Of a stretch of 64,000 nt of DNA, positions 1 through 10,553 are shown piece by piece. The notes below the pieces were generated by a model, which was not told the origin of the DNA, did no database searches, and worked only from the letters and a program-made list of their open reading frames with translations. Each line of letters begins with the position of its first letter. The first letter of the stretch is position 1. Origin of the DNA: Acidobacteriota bacterium (GTDB taxonomy: Bacteria > Acidobacteriota > UBA6911 > RPQK01 > CBDAPI01). The stretch lies in assembly GCA_965205615.1 (NCBI GenBank), contig CBDBHK010000033.1, positions 102,822 to 166,821 of the forward strand, read 5' to 3'. The position numbers were made by a program, and so were the translations under genes.

Positions 1-85
1 GGAATCGTTGACGCGAGGGTGGAGGGCTGATAAGTTTTGATCATTCATCACCGGGAGGTCAGAGGAAATCGGATCCGAAGTTGAT

Positions 86-1207
86 ATGAGGAATGTCGGG
101 TTAATGGTTAGCAACCGTCGAAAATTCCTCGCGAACTCAATTGCGGGCTTTGGCCTGTTGGCGGGAGCAAGCCGATTACTAGGCCAGGCTTTTGACCACG
201 CCATCATTGGCAGCTACACCAGCATCCCGGGGTACGGCTTGGACCAAGCCATCGAACTCATTCGGCAACTAGGATTCCAAACAATTGAAATGCATCCAAT
301 GGGTGTAGCGGAGCCAAGACCGGGCCTTTCTCCGGGCTTCCAGTTCGATCGCCTGAGCGAGGAAGAAAGACGCAAGATCAAATCTGCTGTGGCAGGCTTT
401 CGCCATGTTTCAATTGAAATGCATCCAATGGGTGTAGCGGAGCCAAGACCGGGCCTTTCTCCGGGCTTCCAGTTCGATCGCCTGAGCGAGGAAGAAAGAC
501 GCAAGATCAAATCTGCTGTGGCAGGCTTTCGCCATGTTTCCACTCATTTGCCCTTTGCCGATCTGCACTGTTTCTCTGCCTATGAGCCGATTGCGGAATT
601 CTCTGTCAAACAGATCGACATTGCACTGAAGGCGAGTGCCTACATTGGCGCGGAGGTCGCGACCATCCATGCACAGGCGCCTCGGCAGCAGACCCTGGAG
701 CAGATTTGGCCTGTCATGCTCGAACGTTTCCGACGCTGGGGGGACATTGCAAAAGAGGCAGGCTTGCGACTGGCAATTGAAACCGGTTACCCCCGCTCGG
801 TGCGTGATTATGTCAGGCTGATCCAGGGAATCGACCACGAATCCGTCGGGGCCACCATTGATGTCGGCCATCAGGGCGGCTACGCCGAATTGGTCAGCAG
901 GGTCAGGCCGGAGGAGCGGGGAACCCCCAAAGGGATCAAGGCCTACAACGATGTCACTCATGAAATCATAGATCGGTTGGGCCCGAAGGTATTCCACTTC
1001 CACGTGCACGACATCGAGCCGGACACATGGGAGGAACACAAGCCGCTTTACTACGGGTTCGTAGACTACCCGCGCCTTCTCAGAAAGCTGCGCGAAATCC
1101 GCTACACCGGCCTGCTTGTGTTCGAACTCGTCGGACCCGCCTCGGAAAGAAGCAAACACCTGGCCGACAGCAAACGGAAACTGGAAGAATACCTTGCCGA
1201 AGCCTGA
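86..1207 (+). CDS. Tat-signal sugar phosphate isomerase/epimerase-like (xylose-isomerase-like TIM barrel) family protein; contains an internal 43-aa tandem duplication
   Basis: 373-aa ORF. N-terminus has a twin-arginine motif (SNRRKFLANS) followed by a hydrophobic stretch. Metal-binding-like HxH/E/D motifs (AIETGY, HFHVHD) typical of the AP-endonuclease-2/xylose-isomerase-like TIM barrel family. Inferred from motifs only. Confidence 0.5.
   Translation: MRNVGLMVSNRRKFLANSIAGFGLLAGASRLLGQAFDHAIIGSYTSIPGYGLDQAIELIRQLGFQTIEMHPMGVAEPRPGLSPGFQFDRLSEEERRKIKSAVAGFRHVSIEMHPMGVAEPRPGLSPGFQFDRLSEEERRKIKSAVAGFRHVSTHLPFADLHCFSAYEPIAEFSVKQIDIALKASAYIGAEVATIHAQAPRQQTLEQIWPVMLERFRRWGDIAKEAGLRLAIETGYPRSVRDYVRLIQGIDHESVGATIDVGHQGGYAELVSRVRPEERGTPKGIKAYNDVTHEIIDRLGPKVFHFHVHDIEPDTWEEHKPLYYGFVDYPRLLRKLREIRYTGLLVFELVGPASERSKHLADSKRKLEEYLAEA
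282..539 (+). repeat. Perfect direct tandem duplication, 2 x 129 bp (282-410 and 411-539), in frame inside the first CDS
   Basis: Read directly in the DNA: the 129-nt unit caattgaaatgcatccaatgggtgtagcgg...ctttcgccatgttt is repeated without mismatch. It encodes IEMHPMGVAEPRPGLSPGFQFDRLSEEERRKIKSAVAGFRHVS twice. Confidence 0.9.
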
Positions 1208-1821
1208 ACCCGTGGGATGGATTGACCTGGGCCTGCCGCCCCACTGGATCCCTCCCGTTCCTCTTCTAAAAACGTCCGCTACTTGCGTCCATCTGATTCT
1301 CCAGTCTACATTCCTCTAAACGGCAGAGCCTGAAGGGCTACACCCTACTTGCCCGTTTCGATGACGTAATGGAGCGTACCTTTGGAGCAGCGGCCTATTG
1401 GCAGCGGCCATTGTTCTTGCAGACCAGCGAACAGCACTCGTTGTCCACTGTGCAGTCTGCATTCTTCGGCTCGCACGAGCAGGCACAATCATCTCTGCAG
1501 TCGAGTTGGTCGGCGCAGTCGGTTCTTCCGTCACAGTCGTTGTCGATGCTGTCGCTACAGGTAAGACCGGAGATTTCTGACTCTATACCTTTTGGCCATG
1601 ACTGTGGCAGTCGTTTCCGAGGTCCAAGTCCCGAAGAACGGGTGCTTTATAGCAGCGGAAGGGGTGCCGGGAGTTACTCCAGGATGGTCACACACGGACC
1701 CTTAGAGTAATTTTTCACACCGTTGCGGCTCAAACCCCTTAGAGACAGTTTGAAGGGAACTTGACAGCCTCTGTCGGAGTGTCGATGCTGGCCGTGGCGT
1801 AACACAAGAGGAGAAACCACC

Positions 1822-2025
1822 ATGGCCACAGACGTTGTTAAACAGATTCGTAGAAGGACTCGCCGGAAGTTTTCCGCCGATGAGAAGAGCCGGATCGTCC
1901 TGGAGGGACTTCGGGGCGAAATCCCGATCACCGAGCTGTGTCGACAACAAGGTATTCAGCCATCGATCTATTACAAATGGTCGAAAGCCTTTCTGGATGC
2001 CGGCAAGAACGGGTTGACTCGGTAA
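1822..2025 (+). pseudogene. IS3-family transposase OrfA (HTH) N-terminal fragment, truncated remnant
   Basis: 67-aa ORF MATDVVKQIRRRTRRKFSADEKSRIVLEGLRGEIPITELCRQQGIQPSIYYKWSKAFLDAGKNGL matches the helix-turn-helix N-terminus of IS3/IS150-type OrfA. It stops after ~65 codons and no orfB follows. Confidence 0.5.
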
Positions 2026-2068
2026 ACGAAGTTGTCACAGTAAGATCTCTTCTTAGAGACCAATGTTG

Positions 2069-3205
2069 CTATGGTGGCGTTGGCTTGGCACTCTCTGCCA
2101 CACGTATGATCGCGTCGAGCTTCTCTTCGATCTCCGAGTCAATTTCTTCGGGTGGCACATACTGAGCGAGCTCATAAAAGCTCTTCTTTCTCATTAGATT
2201 AGGCAGGTCGAGCTTTTTGAAGTACTTCACGAACAGCGGCTCCAGGAAATCGTCGCTCACCTTGGCGTCGGTGCGCCATGGCGAGACTTTACCCAGCGTT
2301 TGCATCGCTCTCTCAACATCCTTGATGGACTCATGCATCGCGCGCATGCGCCGGTCGACTTCAGTGCTTGAAAATAGGGGTCCATGTGCTTCTTGTTCGG
2401 CCGATGCTATTGCATATCTCTCCAGAGTCGCTATGGAGCAAAAATAGTTTTCGATCTCCCGTCGCTCCCAACTTAGATATTCAATGCCATTAATCGTCGG
2501 AGTTTCATCTCCAGAGTGATCGAAAAGAACTGCGGCTTGCAGGTCCGGTAAAGCCTCTTTGAGGCCATAGTAGTGATTTCGGACCGATACCCAATGGCTC
2601 CCTACATAGTGCACAAACGGCCGTTTCAACACTCTATCAGCGTCTTTGTGGTGGAGACGCCTCGCGAACGCTTGCAATATGGCGAGGTCGGTCGAGCCTT
2701 CGAGGTAGAGCACCCATCCAGTCTGTGCTGCTTGACAATAGTGGTCGAAGCCAATCTCATTAAGCGCCTTCCGAACCTGGCTTCCCCGGTCATCAATCCG
2801 GTGCGGCGGCCCCACGAAGGCGATTACCATATCTTTTCTAGCGGCTTCGTTCAGGAGCACCTCGGAGTGGCTTGCAGCGATGATCTGGCTGCGACTCTCG
2901 GAGGCCGCATCTGTGAGCAGTTTATAGATCTCACGCTGGCGAAGAATTTCGAGGTGTGCGTCCGGCTCGTCGAGCAGGAGCACGGCGTCTGGGTTAGCGT
3001 ACATGTACGTCAGAATGAGCAGCGTCTGCTGCAAGCCCCGGCCACTGGAAGAAAGGTCGAGCGTAACCCCATGTTCCTGGTAGGTCATGGTGATCTCGCC
3101 GCGCTCCTTGATATAACGCGCGGGATTGAGCTTCGCCCCGAACAGATCCTCGATCTGCTCGACTAGCTTTTTCCCAATCCTCGGGCTGTTCCTGGTGAAT
3201 ACGGA
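2069..3205 (-). pseudogene. OLD-family ABC-type ATPase + Toprim nuclease (Gabija GajA / PARIS-like class), 5'-truncated (Walker A region missing)
   Basis: The reading frame is open from 3205 (no start codon; ORF finder reports 2069-3088). It contains an ABC Walker-B/D-loop (LLLDEPDAHL) and an H-loop (IIAASHSE). Toprim-like motifs follow: VLYLEGSTD (Glu) and AVLFDHSGDE (DxD). An N-terminal P-loop is absent. The frame ends ~28 bp from the oppositely oriented RT gene. Confidence 0.5.
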
Positions 3206-3232
3206 TTAAAGGTTGGGAAGCTACGGGAGACG

Positions 3233-4659
<1,427 letters not shown>

Positions 4660-4730
4660 ACCACCGCGCCACCTCTCGACTCTACCAGTCGAGTCGTGGA
4701 TCTCTTACGTAAAAGGCCTCGCGGGTATCC

Positions 4731-4857
4731 CGTCCTATCCGAGAATTCGGCCGCGCGTAACCCACTGTGGGAGTTCGACTTGTAAGCGCCTACAATGGCG
4801 GCATGAAGGCCGAAATCCACCAACTTCAAGTGCTACCGGGGGCCAGTCCAGGGGGTC
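4731..4857 (+). repeat. ~127-bp repeat, copy A (about 79% identical to copy B at 5700-5827), 72 nt downstream of the intron-protein stop
   Basis: Pairwise comparison by eye. Shared blocks are cgtcctatccga, taacccactgt, ttcgacttgtaagcgcc, acaatggc, gtgaaggccga, cttcaagtg, taccggg and ccagggggtc, separated by diverged blocks. Confidence 0.7.
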
Positions 4858-5314
4858 CGTCGTGGGGTAAGACCACCTTCCAAGGGTTGTGCCCAAAGTG
4901 TGCCCGCGGGAAACTCACTCCAGCTCACTCCAGCCAAAATAGCGGTTTCGGAGCGACGGAATTTCTGCTTATTTGGAAGGTACTTACAGAACCGGCTTCC
5001 AGGACTTAAAATCCTGTGGGTCGTCGGGTGGGTCGGAGAGACAAGCTAAGTGCCCGGCAATACTCAGAAAGCATGCCTACCTGAACCTGAAATTACCGAA
5101 TACTCAACCAAAGCATTCTCCTGGTCTCCCGGTGTACACGAGCGTATTGATAGCCACCTATATAGCCGCGCGAGGTGAGGGCCAAGGAGAAGCCATGGAG
5201 ACAAATTCATGAGGCCTTTTCATCTCTGGGCAAAGCGGGGCCGGAAGAAGAACAGTCCGGCTCAAAAAGGGAGCAACGCTCACAGCTCGGCGAGTGTGAA
5301 TTGTTGCTGAAGAA

Positions 5315-5662
5315 GTGATCGCTTACGGACTTCGCCGCCATCTTGTGACGCTCGGCACTAATTCTTGGACAGACAAGACAATAAGATCGCGTGCAATGCC
5401 GAAACAACGAAGCGATTTGTTACAGGAGCCTAATTTGGCAAGCGGCATCGATCTCAAGGAGCAGACCCTTGCAATGCTGCAGACGCTGACCCCCAAAGAA
5501 GAACAGATTGTTCGGATGCGCTACGGAATTGACGACGGAATCGAATGCACCCTCGAAGAAGTCGGCCAACAGTTTTCTGCGACTCCTGAGCGGGTCCGTC
5601 AGATCCAGGACCAGGCACTGCGAAAACTGCGCTACGTGTCACTCGGAGAGGAACTACCTTAG
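5315..5662 (+). pseudogene. Orphan sigma-70 (RpoD/RpoS-like) region 4 fragment
   Basis: C-terminal 75 aa (LTPKEEQIVRMRYGIDDGIECTLEEVGQQFSATPERVRQIQDQALRKLR) is a near-canonical sigma-70 region 4.1/4.2. The preceding 40 aa have no sigma homology and regions 1-3 are absent. Confidence 0.5.
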
Positions 5663-5699
5663 AGGGTTGCCCTTCCTTTGCTGCGGCAACTGCGCATGG

Positions 5700-5827
5700 C
5701 GTCCTATCCGAAAAATGAGCCGAGTCGTAACCCACTGTAGGATTTCGACTTGTAAGCGCCCACAATGGCAGGGTGAAGGCCGATACGTGCCCGCTTCAAG
5801 TGTTACCGGGACCAGTTCCAGGGGGTC
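5700..5827 (+). repeat. ~128-bp repeat, copy B (see copy A), 38 nt downstream of the sigma-70 fragment stop
   Basis: Same conserved blocks and same orientation as copy A. Flanks on both sides are unrelated. Confidence 0.7.
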
Positions 5828-6148
5828 GTCATCATCTAAAGGGAAATCCCACCCCCTAAGACTAACTTTTTTCTTTTCGACGATTGAGTAGCAATCTGCT
5901 AGCGAGGGAACAGCTTCCACTTCGTTTCTTCAGCGTCGCCGCGAGTAATCGCCTCCTGGACGTCACGACCAAGTCGGTGTGGCTTTGCGGGCTCCAGAAA
6001 GTAGAGGGTGTAAAGTCCAGGGAAGCTGATGGAGGTCGTCAGGGGGTATACAGACGGGTTCCTCGCACCTTGATTTGACGTCGCCCCTCGCGTGGTCGTG
6101 CAGGGTTGGCGAATTCCGGCCCCACCCCACCTCTGCGGGGGGCCAACT

Positions 6149-7246
6149 TTAGCGCAGCCGGAGCGGCTGGGTGAACGCGCCGTTCCCCGCCACATCCCAC
6201 ACCTCGATCCGGGCGCGGGCCTTGCCCTTGAGCTCCATGGGCCACTCGAACGTCTTCCGTCCGAACTCGCGGGTTTCGGGAAGCTCGACCGTCTGGCGAC
6301 GGCCATCGACCACCAGCTCCACGGTTCGCAGCGGAAAGGTCCATTCGAGATCAGCTTTGATCAGGTCGTTGGTCGCCTCGAAGGAGTGAATCAGCACTTC
6401 GCCGGTGGTGACGAAGAAGTCCCCCCGACGGAGGACGTCGAGGACCGGCGACCAGTCGTCAAACGTGGGCATCTTTTTCAGCCGCAGGTAATTGACGTTC
6501 ATGTGGCCGTAGATCTCGTGGGTGGAGTCAACGGTAAAGCAGTCGACCTCACCGATCAGTTTCTTGTGCTGACCCCAGCGGTTCATGTCGTCCAGGAGGT
6601 CCAGCACGCGAACGCCGAGCCGCCCGTCGGAGAGGTCGCCGGGCATGAACTTCCACCCACCCCCCAGCCAGAGAGAGTCGTCCTTGTACCAGTCACGCTC
6701 CCGGTAGGCGTCGGGGGCGGCGGACGAGGACTTGATTCTCGGGTGGGCGGTCCAGGCGAGTCCCTTGTCGCGTCGGAGGACCTTGACCATGTCGGCCTCG
6801 CTCCCGGTGTGGTAGACGTGACCGTAGGGGGCGATCTCTTCCATGAAGGGCTGGCCTTGTTTGCGGACAAGCGTGAGGTAGACGGGTTTTGGGAACAGGT
6901 AGAGCCAGTGGCCGGGCTTCTGTTTCGCGGGAGGGGGGATGTTGAGATGGGCATTGGCCTCTTCGCCGGGGAGGAGCAGGAAGCGGTGGGTGGAGTATTT
7001 CCGACACGTGTCGAACATGGCCTGGAGCTGAGGAAGACGCTTCGGACCGGAATCGCGGGGATTCCCGTCCCCGTGGAACTCCGCCAGGTGGACGATGTTG
7101 ACGCCCATGTTCTTTAAGAGCCGGGAGAACTCACCGACGCGTGACTTCCCCGCCATCTCACTGACGGTGAGCTTTGCGTGCCAGTGGCTGGTGAGGGTGA
7201 GGCGGTCTTTCATCGGCTTGAAGGTGTCACCGTGGGTGTACTGCAA
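6149..7246 (-). CDS. Hypothetical protein, possible PHP-domain metal-dependent hydrolase (CehA/McbA-like)
   Basis: 365-aa ORF with TTG start. The N-terminal SHWH motif and downstream His/Asp/Glu residues resemble PHP phosphoesterase motifs. Weak, motif-level inference only. Confidence 0.3.
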   Translation of the reverse strand: MQYTHGDTFKPMKDRLTLTSHWHAKLTVSEMAGKSRVGEFSRLLKNMGVNIVHLAEFHGDGNPRDSGPKRLPQLQAMFDTCRKYSTHRFLLLPGEEANAHLNIPPPAKQKPGHWLYLFPKPVYLTLVRKQGQPFMEEIAPYGHVYHTGSEADMVKVLRRDKGLAWTAHPRIKSSSAAPDAYRERDWYKDDSLWLGGGWKFMPGDLSDGRLGVRVLDLLDDMNRWGQHKKLIGEVDCFTVDSTHEIYGHMNVNYLRLKKMPTFDDWSPVLDVLRRGDFFVTTGEVLIHSFEATNDLIKADLEWTFPLRTVELVVDGRRQTVELPETREFGRKTFEWPMELKGKARARIEVWDVAGNGAFTQPLRLR

Positions 7247-7279
7247 TACGCGATCGAAGGCCTCCCGGGGCTTGCCTCC

Positions 7280-7600
7280 ATGGAGGAGGACCTAGTCTCA
7301 CGCCAGTTTGGTGTCTATTGCCTCAACGCCTGCAGAGTCGTCTATTTCGTTGATGAGGAAGACGGTCCAGTTCGTCGTGCCGGGTTCGCCTATGGGACAC
7401 TGCCCAGCCACGTGGAGAAGGGTGAAGAACGGTTCAGCGTCGAGTGGAACCAGGAGACCGATGTGGTCCGCTACGATATCCTGGCCTTCTCTCGACCCAA
7501 CTCATTGGCGACGTGGATAGGGTATCCGCTGTCAAGGAGAATCCAAAAGACGTTTGCAGCTGAGTCTGCGAGGATTCTCCGATCTCGGGTAGATCAGTAA
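7280..7600 (+). pseudogene. DUF1990-family protein, C-terminal fragment
   Basis: GFAYGTLPSHVEKGEERFSVEWNQETDVVRYDILAFSRPNSLATWIGYPL matches the conserved DUF1990 core (GFAYGTLPGH..GEE.F.V....S.RP.). The upstream half of the domain is absent. The fragment is divergent to, and overlaps the start of, the 6149-7246 gene. Confidence 0.35.
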
Positions 7601-7634
7601 GTTCTGCAAGTGCGATGAAATTCATCCCTCTCTC

Positions 7635-9041
7635 CTAACCCATCAACGCTCGTGCCATGGAATAAACCGTCATCAGCAGCATCACCAGGGTCGCCACCCA
7701 AAGCGTCACGCTGATCCAAGGCGCTGGTCGGATCGCGGTGGGCAGGTGGACGTACCGCAAGTAGATCGTCGAGAAGCCAATCACCGGCAGCAGCAGGGCC
7801 TGGGCGACGCCGCCAATCTTGACCATCCATACCGGGTTCTGAAACCACATGAAATAGAGAGACGGCAAGAACAGCAGAAAGACAACGGCGATCCGCATGA
7901 CGCGGATTCTGGCTAAGTAATCCCGTTTGTCGAACACACCCAAAAGACCGAAGAAATCCGCCAAAGTTCGGCTCTGAGAGGCCGTGCCGGCGAATACCGA
8001 AGAGTACAGTACGGCGAAAGCACCGAACAGGAACAAAAACCCGGACCACTCACCCAGGATCTCGGTGTAGAGGTTGGAAAGTGATGCCACCATTTGGGCA
8101 CCTTCCGGGACAATCCCCATGCCCTTGAGAATGCCGGCTCCCAAGACATAGAAGGCAACCGTCGCCGCTGTGTAAACAACCATCGCAGTGATCACGTCGA
8201 CACCCATCACGCGGATCCAGCCGCGGGCTCGGCGTTGCCATTGGTCGCTCTTGTCGCAAGCGCCGGTGAATCGCGCGTATCCCTTTTCAAGGCACCAGTA
8301 CGGATAGATGATCAGGCTCATGGCACTCACCCCGGTCACGCCAAACACGGTCACCGCTGTCACGAAGCCGGTCTCGGGAAGGCGAAAGGACAAGCCATCG
8401 GCCACTCTGGCCCAAGAGAACAGGTCGGGACGCTTCATCAGCAGCACGGCACAGCTAACTGTCAGCGTGCTAAAGATCAACACCAGGGCGATCGACACCT
8501 TTTCGACGACAGCGTAGCGGCCAATCAACAGCAGAGCAACGGTCGCAAAATTCACGATCCACACCCACGAGCCGATGGCGATGGCGGGTACAATGCGGTT
8601 AAGTATTTCGGCGATGCCACCTAACATGCCACCCAGACCGAACAGCGAAAACAAAACGGCCGCGCACCACAACCAGACGACCCAAGAGACTCGCCAGCGC
8701 GGTCCCGGAACTCGATTGAATGCCTCCAGCGTCGTCTGCCCCGTCCCGATGGCATACCGGCCCAGTTCGTTTTGCACGACCGTCTTGATCGTGCAGCTGA
8801 CAAGAATGAGCCACAACAGTCGGTACCCGTTTTCGGCTCCCAGTACCGTCGTCGCCACCAGTTCGCCAGACCCCACCAAACCCCCGGCAAGAATCAGACC
8901 GGGCCCGACCATGCGATAGGTGGCAACGAACCCCCGAGGAGGATCTCGTGAGTCTTCGGGACGCAGTTGGTAGGGGTCCATCTGAGAACGATCATTCATC
9001 GGATATCGGGTCTGATCAGTTAGCTTAACAGACTTCAGCAC
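7635..9041 (-). CDS. Nramp/MntH-superfamily divalent metal transporter-like membrane protein
   Basis: 468 aa with about 11 hydrophobic segments. N-terminal MVGPGLILAGGLVGSGELVATT...YRLLWLIL resembles the Nramp GPG...DPGN...Y.LLW signature, with the DPGN motif replaced by GSGE. Confidence 0.5.
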   Translation of the reverse strand: MLKSVKLTDQTRYPMNDRSQMDPYQLRPEDSRDPPRGFVATYRMVGPGLILAGGLVGSGELVATTVLGAENGYRLLWLILVSCTIKTVVQNELGRYAIGTGQTTLEAFNRVPGPRWRVSWVVWLWCAAVLFSLFGLGGMLGGIAEILNRIVPAIAIGSWVWIVNFATVALLLIGRYAVVEKVSIALVLIFSTLTVSCAVLLMKRPDLFSWARVADGLSFRLPETGFVTAVTVFGVTGVSAMSLIIYPYWCLEKGYARFTGACDKSDQWQRRARGWIRVMGVDVITAMVVYTAATVAFYVLGAGILKGMGIVPEGAQMVASLSNLYTEILGEWSGFLFLFGAFAVLYSSVFAGTASQSRTLADFFGLLGVFDKRDYLARIRVMRIAVVFLLFLPSLYFMWFQNPVWMVKIGGVAQALLLPVIGFSTIYLRYVHLPTAIRPAPWISVTLWVATLVMLLMTVYSMARALMG

Positions 9042-9092
9042 CAGGGGTTATGGCATCCCGCCGCGACCCCATTTCCCTTTGACCGTGCACCC

Positions 9093-10124
9093 CTACTTCT
9101 GCAAACTCATGAGGCCCAACTTCCAGGGCAGAAACGGGTACTTCACGCCCATCTGGTTCTTCATGATTCCCTGGATGAGCCATCGACAGGTCGCCGGGTC
9201 ATATTCCATCCGCTGATCGTAGCCGGTTCTGAGCAGCTCACCATGAGAGACCATCTCGGTCCATGGCTCAACGCCACTGACCGTCACCAGCTGATCGCCC
9301 GTTGCATATCGGGTCGTCACCTTCTTCCAGGGCCCCTCCAGCGCTGTGGCGGTCGCCATCGCAAACGAACGCACCCCCGCATTGTTCAGCTCATAGATCA
9401 TATGATATTTCTCGCGGCCCTTAACCTTGTAGACATGTACGGCTTCACGGTTATCCGTCAGAACCTTCTTTCCTTCGCTCCATCCAGCGGGAAAATCATC
9501 GAAACGGGTAGACCTGACGATGACGGCCCTTTGGGCCTGGGTGTAGAAGAGGTAAACCTTCTCCTCATCACTAATCACCCAGAAGTCGATCCACTTGGCC
9601 TTTTCCTTCTTGGGCAGTAGATCCTCAGGCTTGCTCCATGCTGCCGGATCGTCAACGGTTGCAGCAGTGGAAAAAGCGGGTTGGTAGTTCGAGTCGCGAT
9701 TTTGGAAGATCATGTACCACTTCTTCTGCGGCTCATAGTAGAACACCTGGGGTGCGCAGCCGTAGCGGCTGTTCTTCCCTCTGATCACATCGAGCTGATG
9801 CCTCTTCGCCGAGCTCAGCCCCGTTAGTGTCCTTGCAGAGACGTAGCCCGTGGTGGACTCGGTTTTGCTCCTGGCGGTAAAGAACAGATGCCACTTCCCA
9901 TCATGAAAGACAATAGTCGGATCCTTTACCGACACCTCGTTAAAGGAGCCCTCGCTCCCTCGCGAAAGAATCGGCGCACTGATCTCCCATTTGTTTTCGT
10001 CAACCTGTGCAGAAGCGGAGACCGCAAAGAGAAGGGCAAGGAGGAGAACAATATAGGACCTAGAAGACTTGTGAGCTCCATCAACTGAACACTGAACACG
10101 AAACGCTGAACGCTCCTCTCTCAT
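9093..10124 (-). CDS. Secreted five-bladed beta-propeller glycoside-hydrolase-like protein (GH43/GH117-like)
   Basis: Signal peptide (YIVLLLALLFAVSASA). DPTIVFHDGKWHLFFTA and YYEPQKKWYMIF blades are typical of the GH43-type propeller clan. Confidence 0.4.
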   Translation of the reverse strand: MREERSAFRVQCSVDGAHKSSRSYIVLLLALLFAVSASAQVDENKWEISAPILSRGSEGSFNEVSVKDPTIVFHDGKWHLFFTARSKTESTTGYVSARTLTGLSSAKRHQLDVIRGKNSRYGCAPQVFYYEPQKKWYMIFQNRDSNYQPAFSTAATVDDPAAWSKPEDLLPKKEKAKWIDFWVISDEEKVYLFYTQAQRAVIVRSTRFDDFPAGWSEGKKVLTDNREAVHVYKVKGREKYHMIYELNNAGVRSFAMATATALEGPWKKVTTRYATGDQLVTVSGVEPWTEMVSHGELLRTGYDQRMEYDPATCRWLIQGIMKNQMGVKYPFLPWKLGLMSLQK

Positions 10125-10553
10125 TCACACTCCCACACACATCCCGGCGGAGACCCACCGGACTCTATCCCTCATGCTCACGGCACCTTGCAAACCCGCA
10201 AACCATTCAGCTCGACCGCCCCATCCCTTGCCATCACAGTCAGACTGCCAAAGGGCAGACGTACCGTTGCCGTCAGGGCTTATCTTCTCATCAATTGCCT
10301 GGCCAGACTCAAAATCTGGCGAGATTCACGTCTCGTGCGGATTCGACTCCCCCATCCGGCACTTTAGAATCAACAAGTTACACTGATCTTCAGTCAATCT
10401 GAGTCTCTCCGGATCCCTCGCGTCGTCCGGTTATGGTCCAGTCAAACGTCCACTTGCCGCTGTTTGACATGGCGGCCCACGGCCGGTGGCGCTTCCACCC
10501 TGCATCTGCCACAATGCAAGCTCCAGGCAAGTCCTTGCACCAGGAGCTTCAAT

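Noticed and set aside
214-543. 109-aa minus-strand ORF with internally repeated sequence
   Set aside because: It is the antisense shadow of the 129-bp tandem duplication inside the plus-strand TIM-barrel gene. Its repeat content merely mirrors the DNA duplication.
2600-3232. Search for group II intron domains I-III (GUGYG start) upstream of the RT ORF
   Set aside because: The only gtgcg nearby (2956-2960) lies inside well-conserved minus-strand ATPase/Toprim coding sequence and only 277 nt from the ORF. No ribozyme 5' region is present, so the intron is 5'-truncated.
4731-4857. Repeat copy A interpreted as group II intron domain V/VI of the RT-containing intron
   Set aside because: No GAGC...GNRA...GGUUC-type domain V or bulged-A domain VI could be drawn. 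By contrast, the ORF-less intron at 60122-60742 shows these unambiguously. The repeat is kept as an unexplained element instead.
6092-7117. 341-aa plus-strand ORF across 6092-7117
   Set aside because: It is Pro/Gly/Val-rich low-complexity translation antisense to the 6149-7246 gene, with no recognisable domain. Treated as a GC-rich artefact.
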